Below are positions 27,817 to 32,000 of a stretch of DNA of 32,000 nt, piece by piece. The position numbers and the translations under genes were made by a program. Location of the stretch: positions 360,001-392,000 of the forward strand of contig NC_000962.3 of NCBI RefSeq assembly GCF_000195955.2, read 5' to 3'. Source of the DNA: Mycobacterium tuberculosis H37Rv. Lineage in GTDB: Bacteria; Actinomycetota; Actinomycetes; Mycobacteriales; Mycobacteriaceae. The notes beneath the pieces were generated by a model that worked only from the letters and a program-made list of their open reading frames with translations, was not told the DNA's origin and searched no databases. Each line of letters opens with the position of its first letter. The stretch's first letter is position 1.

Positions 27817-27887
27817 GGCGCAGCTGACGGCGGTCTTCTAGAGATTAGATATTTATTCTTCCGTTATCTTGTCGTAATCTGCTCAGC

Positions 27888-28550
27888 GTGGGCCGACATG
27901 AATTAGCTAGGGACCGGCGAAAGTCGTCAGCGGTCCTGGCTGCGGTCCTCGCCCCGGCCGCCGTGTTCTTCGCCACGGGCGGAGATGTCAGTACGCTTGC
28001 CGCCCGCGCCGATGCCAACCCGGTTCTCGGCGACGACGCGCCCTGTTGTGTGCAGATCGTGCCGGTTGCACCGCTGGCTTTCTCCTCACAGATATCCGGC
28101 GGTGAAATCGGGACGGGCCTTGCTGCCAGCCAGTTCGCTTCGGCATCGAGATGGCGCATCGTATCTCGGTATTTGCCGGTAGGGGTGGCACCCGAGCAGG
28201 GTCTACAGGTCAAGACCGTCTTGACAGCCCGCAGTATCAGTGCGGCTTTCCCCGAAATTCGCGAAATCGGCGGCGTTCGGCCGGATGCGCTGAGATGGCA
28301 TCCCAATGGTTTGGCGCTCGACGTGATGGTTCCCAACCCCGGCACCGCCGAGGGCATAGCGCTGGGCAACGAGATCGTCGCTTTCGTACTGAAGAACGCG
28401 ACCCGATTTGGGATGCAAGATGTGATTTGGCGTGGCGCCTACTACACGCCCAACGGCGCGCGGACAACCGGGGCCGGCCACTACGACCACATCCACATCA
28501 CGACCGTGGGCGGCGGGTATCCCACCGGCGAGGAACTCTACATCCGCTGA
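27888..28550 (+). CDS. Exported protein with a C-terminal D-Ala-D-Ala-carboxypeptidase/M15-like or ARB_07466-like domain (Rv0320-like, 220 aa)
   Basis: Signal-like segment [28 protein letters not shown], then [29 protein letters not shown]...[15 protein letters not shown] (His/Asp zinc-ligand pattern). Confidence 0.75.
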   Translation: MGRHELARDRRKSSAVLAAVLAPAAVFFATGGDVSTLAARADANPVLGDDAPCCVQIVPVAPLAFSSQISGGEIGTGLAASQFASASRWRIVSRYLPVGVAPEQGLQVKTVLTARSISAAFPEIREIGGVRPDALRWHPNGLALDVMVPNPGTAEGIALGNEIVAFVLKNATRFGMQDVIWRGAYYTPNGARTTGAGHYDHIHITTVGGGYPTGEELYIR

Positions 28551-28581
28551 GCCAGCGTGCGGCGACAGATACGCTCGTCGG

Positions 28582-29154
28582 GTGCTGCTCTCCGATCGTG
28601 ATCTTCGGGCCGAGATCTCCTCCGGGCGGTTGGGGATCGACCCGTTCGACGACACCCTGGTCCAGCCGTCCAGCATCGACGTCCGGCTCGATTGCTTGTT
28701 TCGGGTGTTCAACAACACTCGCTACACCCACATCGACCCGGCCAAGCAGCAGGACGAGCTGACCAGCCTGGTGCAACCGGTCGACGGGGAACCCTTCGTG
28801 TTGCACCCGGGCGAATTCGTGCTCGGCTCGACGCTGGAGCTTTTCACTCTGCCCGACAACCTCGCCGGACGGCTGGAAGGCAAGTCTTCGTTGGGCCGGC
28901 TGGGCCTGCTGACGCATTCCACCGCGGGCTTCATCGATCCTGGCTTCAGCGGTCACATCACCCTGGAGCTATCCAACGTCGCCAACCTGCCGATCACTTT
29001 GTGGCCCGGCATGAAAATCGGTCAGCTGTGCATGTTGCGCCTGACCAGCCCGTCCGAGCATCCCTACGGCAGTTCCCGGGCGGGGTCGAAATACCAGGGT
29101 CAGCGCGGGCCCACGCCGTCGCGCTCCTACCAGAACTTCATCAGGTCTACTTAG
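28582..29154 (+). CDS. dcd: dCTP deaminase (Rv0321, 190 aa)
   Basis: [45 protein letters not shown]...[55 protein letters not shown]. Confidence 0.97.
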   Translation: MLLSDRDLRAEISSGRLGIDPFDDTLVQPSSIDVRLDCLFRVFNNTRYTHIDPAKQQDELTSLVQPVDGEPFVLHPGEFVLGSTLELFTLPDNLAGRLEGKSSLGRLGLLTHSTAGFIDPGFSGHITLELSNVANLPITLWPGMKIGQLCMLRLTSPSEHPYGSSRAGSKYQGQRGPTPSRSYQNFIRST

Positions 29155-29259
29155 CATCCGGCGCGGCTAGGCCTGTCGCGGGTAGCTGTCACCTGCCGTT
29201 TGCCTGGTGCTCAGCGCCGCGATGCGGTTCGCTCATCGCAGCCACCTACACACAGTGGT

Positions 29260-30591
29260 GTGCGATGCAGCGTCTTCGGCACTGGGTATCTGGGTGCCAC
29301 CCACGCCGTCGGTATGGCGCAACTGGGACACGAGGTCGTCGGGGTCGATATCGATCCCGGTAAGGTCGCCAAGCTCGCCGGGGGTGACATTCCGTTCTAC
29401 GAACCCGGCCTGCGAAAGCTGTTGACTGATAACCTGGCTGCCGGCCGCTTGCGGTTCACCACCGACTACGACATGGCGGCCGATTTCGCCGACGTGCATT
29501 TCCTGGGGGTCGGCACGCCGCAAAAGATAGGCGAATATGGCGCCGACCTGCGGCATGTCCACGCCGTCATCGATGCGCTGGTGCCGCGTCTGGTCAGGGC
29601 GTCGATTCTGGTCGGCAAGTCGACAGTCCCAGTGGGCACCGCAGCCGAACTGGGACATCGGGCCGGTGCACTGGCACCCCGGGGAGTCGACGTGGAAATT
29701 GCCTGGAATCCGGAATTCCTGCGCGAGGGCTTCGCGGTGCACGACACCCTCAACCCCGACCGTATCGTCCTTGGGGTACAAGATGATTCGACGCGCGCCG
29801 AGGTAGCCGTCCGCGAGCTGTACGCGCCGCTGCTGGCAGCGGGCGTGCCGTTTCTGGTGACCGATCTGCAGACCGCGGAGTTGGTCAAGGTATCCGCCAA
29901 TGCCTTTCTGGCGACCAAGATTTCGTTTATCAATGCGATCTCCGAAGTGTGCGAGGCGGCGGGTGCCGACGTTAGCCAGCTGGCCGATGCGCTCGGATAC
30001 GACCCGCGGATCGGACGCCAATGCCTCAACGCGGGCTTGGGTTTCGGCGGCGGCTGCTTGCCCAAGGACATCCGCGCTTTCATGGCCCGCGCCGGCGAAC
30101 TGGGAGCCGACCAGGCGTTGACGTTCCTGCGTGAAGTGGACAGCATCAACATGCGCCGGCGCACCAAGATGGTGGAACTGGCCACCACCGCATGCGGTGG
30201 CTCGTTGCTGGGCGCCAATATTGCGGTGCTCGGCGCGGCGTTCAAACCCGAATCCGATGACGTGCGCGATTCGCCCGCCCTCAATGTGGCGGGCCAGCTG
30301 CAGCTCAACGGCGCCACGGTCCACGTGTACGATCCAAAGGCCTTGGACAACGCCCACCGACTGTTCCCTACCTTGAACTATGCGGTTTCGGTTGCGGAGG
30401 CCTGCGAGCGCGCGGACGCCGTGTTGGTGCTTACCGAATGGCGGGAGTTCATCGATCTCGAACCCGCTGATCTAGCCAACCGGGTGCGGGCCCGGGTGAT
30501 CGTGGACGGCCGCAACTGCCTCGACGTGACCCGCTGGCGGCGGGCAGGCTGGCGGGTGTTCCGGCTGGGAGTGCCGCGATTAGGGCACTGA
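29260..30591 (+). CDS. udgA: UDP-glucose 6-dehydrogenase family protein (Rv0322, UdgA-like, 443 aa from GTG 29260)
   Basis: CSVFGTGYLGATHAVGMAQLGHEVVGVDIDPGKVAKL...NAFLATKISFINAISEVCEAAGADV...DPRIGRQCLNAGLGFGGGCLPKDIRA (catalytic Cys)...GAAFKPESDDVRDSPALNVA. Confidence 0.96.
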   Translation: MRCSVFGTGYLGATHAVGMAQLGHEVVGVDIDPGKVAKLAGGDIPFYEPGLRKLLTDNLAAGRLRFTTDYDMAADFADVHFLGVGTPQKIGEYGADLRHVHAVIDALVPRLVRASILVGKSTVPVGTAAELGHRAGALAPRGVDVEIAWNPEFLREGFAVHDTLNPDRIVLGVQDDSTRAEVAVRELYAPLLAAGVPFLVTDLQTAELVKVSANAFLATKISFINAISEVCEAAGADVSQLADALGYDPRIGRQCLNAGLGFGGGCLPKDIRAFMARAGELGADQALTFLREVDSINMRRRTKMVELATTACGGSLLGANIAVLGAAFKPESDDVRDSPALNVAGQLQLNGATVHVYDPKALDNAHRLFPTLNYAVSVAEACERADAVLVLTEWREFIDLEPADLANRVRARVIVDGRNCLDVTRWRRAGWRVFRLGVPRLGH

Positions 30592-31251
30592 CCGGCGCAG
30601 CCAGCGCAAGTACTCTCGGTCACCGAGCAGTTCCAGACGACGCCACAGCACGGGGTTGTCGGCGGACTGGGTGAAATGGCAGCCGATAGCGGCTAGCTGT
30701 CGGCTGCGGTCAACCTCGATCATGATGTCGAGGTGACCGTGACCGCGCCCCCCGAAGGAGGCGCTGAACTCGGCGTTGAGCCGATCGGCGATCGGTTGGG
30801 GCAGTGCCCAGGCCAATACGGGGATACTGGGTGTCGAAGCCGCCGCGAGCGCAGCTTCGGTTGCGCGACGGTGGTCGGGGTGGCCTGTTACGCCGTTGTC
30901 GTCGAACACGAGTAGCAGGTCTGCTCCGGCGAGGGCATCCACCACGCGTTGCGTCAGCTCGTTGAGCGGGATCTGCGCTAGACCGTTATCCGGGTATGCG
31001 AGTAGTTGCACATGATCGACACCCAGGACCTGTGCCGCAGCGGCGAGTTCCTCCCGGCGCACCTCACCGAGGTTTCGGTCGGTCCGGCCGAGTGTGGAGG
31101 CCTCGCCGTGGGTGAAGCACAATCCTCGCAGCCGCGTTCCCTGCGCCGTGAAATCACCCAATACCGCCCCGAGCCCGAAGGACTCGTCGTCCGGATGGGC
31201 GAACACAGCAAGCACTTCGTGTGCGCAGGGGAGACGGTTGCAGCTGTTCAT
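30580..31251 (-). CDS. LmbE/PIG-L-like zinc-dependent deacetylase (Rv0323c-like, 223 aa)
   Basis: EVLAVFAHPDDESFGLGAVL (AHPDDE motif) and GVTGHPDHRRATEAAL (HPDH). Overlaps the 3' end of udgA convergently by 12 bp. Confidence 0.92.
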   Translation of the reverse strand: MNSCNRLPCAHEVLAVFAHPDDESFGLGAVLGDFTAQGTRLRGLCFTHGEASTLGRTDRNLGEVRREELAAAAQVLGVDHVQLLAYPDNGLAQIPLNELTQRVVDALAGADLLLVFDDNGVTGHPDHRRATEAALAAASTPSIPVLAWALPQPIADRLNAEFSASFGGRGHGHLDIMIEVDRSRQLAAIGCHFTQSADNPVLWRRLELLGDREYLRWLRRSVP

Positions 31252-31309
31252 CGATTCACCGTCCGGAGGATCCGTGCGCGCGGGTGGACAGCCGCCGCAT
31301 ATTATGTAG

Positions 31310-31327
31310 TTCCAATGAGCAATGGAA
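31310..31327. promoter_or_regulatory. Near-palindrome TTCCAATGAGCAATGGAA in the divergent promoter region; candidate ArsR-family operator
   Basis: Reverse complement is TTCCATTGCTCATTGGAA; 7 of 9 arm positions match. AT-rich, 24 bp upstream of ATG 31352. Confidence 0.5.
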
Positions 31328-31351
31328 TTATATTCCCAAGGATGACTGGAA

Positions 31352-32000
31352 ATGGCTGGACAGTCCGATCGTAAGGCGGCGTTGTTGGACCAGGTAGCGC
31401 GCGTGGGCAAGGCGCTGGCCAATGGGCGGCGATTGCAAATCCTGGACTTGCTCGCCCAAGGTGAGCGCGCGGTAGAAGCGATCGCGACGGCGACCGGGAT
31501 GAACCTGACCACGGCATCGGCGAATCTGCAGGCGCTGAAGAGCGGCGGGCTGGTCGAGGCTCGCCGCGAGGGGACCCGGCAGTACTACCGGATTGCTGGG
31601 GAAGACGTGGCAAGGCTGTTCGCGCTGGTGCAAGTGGTTGCCGACGAGCATCTGGCCGACGTGGCGGTCGCGGCCGCAGACGTGCTCGGTTCGCCGGAGG
31701 ATGCGATCACCCGTGCGGAGCTGCTGCGGCGGCGCGAAGCCGGCGAGGTCACCCTGGTCGACGTGCGACCGCACGAGGAATACCAGGCCGGCCATATCCC
31801 GGGCGCCATCAATATCCCGATAGCCGAACTGGCCGACCGGCTCGCCGAACTAACTGGCGACCGCGACATTGTCGCCTACTGTCGTGGTGCCTACTGCGTC
31901 ATGGCCCCCGATGCCGTCCGCATCGCGCGCGACGCGGGGCGGGAGGTGAAACGCCTCGACGACGGAATGCTCGAATGGCGATTGGCCGGACTGCCGGTCG
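31352..32000 (+). CDS. ArsR-family winged-helix regulator fused to a rhodanese domain (Rv0324-like; truncated by window edge)
   Basis: VGKALANGRRLQILDLLAQGERAVEAIATATGMNLTTASANLQALKSGGLVEARREGTRQYYRI then VTLVDVRPHEEYQAGHIPGAINIPIAELADRL...DIVAYCRGAYCVMA (rhodanese Cys loop). ORF open to the window end. Confidence 0.94.
   Translation, partial: MAGQSDRKAALLDQVARVGKALANGRRLQILDLLAQGERAVEAIATATGMNLTTASANLQALKSGGLVEARREGTRQYYRIAGEDVARLFALVQVVADEHLADVAVAAADVLGSPEDAITRAELLRRREAGEVTLVDVRPHEEYQAGHIPGAINIPIAELADRLAELTGDRDIVAYCRGAYCVMAPDAVRIARDAGREVKRLDDGMLEWRLAGLPV

Noticed and set aside
28432-29363. ORF 28692-29363 (+) and ORF 28498-28956 (-) overlapping dcd.
   Set aside because: dcd carries the full family motifs in the 28582-29154 frame; the others are shadow frames.

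Overview
This 32 kb window is high-GC actinobacterial DNA. Gene order, ORF lengths and protein sequences match the Mycobacterium tuberculosis complex region Rv0296c-Rv0324 as I recall it; no database was searched. From left to right it contains: a sulfatase (3' part, minus strand); a PE_PGRS gene; two back-to-back toxin-antitoxin modules (Rv0298/Rv0299-like and VapBC2); a TetR regulator with an SDR dehydrogenase; a ~9.56 kb PPE-MPTR locus (PPE6/PPE5) split by an apparent 1-bp frameshift; a BluB-like flavin protein; several small, membrane or secreted proteins (PAP2 phosphatase, YkuD-like protein, SnoaL-like protein, conserved hypotheticals); an HSP70-like/membrane/Pro-Thr-rich protein; a DUF3060-like anchored protein; a GH16 glucanase; a tandem-duplicated muconolactone-isomerase-like protein; a GDPD phosphodiesterase; tRNA-Gly(CCC); a ZIP-like membrane protein; pcp; a secreted peptidase-like protein; dcd; a UDP-glucose dehydrogenase; an LmbE-like deacetylase; and an ArsR-rhodanese regulator that runs off the right edge. 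I found no CRISPR array, phage or IS element. The strongest observations are the exact lesion splitting the PPE gene (an extra A/T at about 13283-13284), the seven-fold ~1.2-1.4 kb higher-order repeat inside that gene, the paired TA modules with inverted repeats at their starts, candidate operators for the TetR and ArsR genes, and the actin/HSP70-like to Pro/Thr-rich membrane architecture of the 20556-22418 gene. I see no convincing wholly new system.
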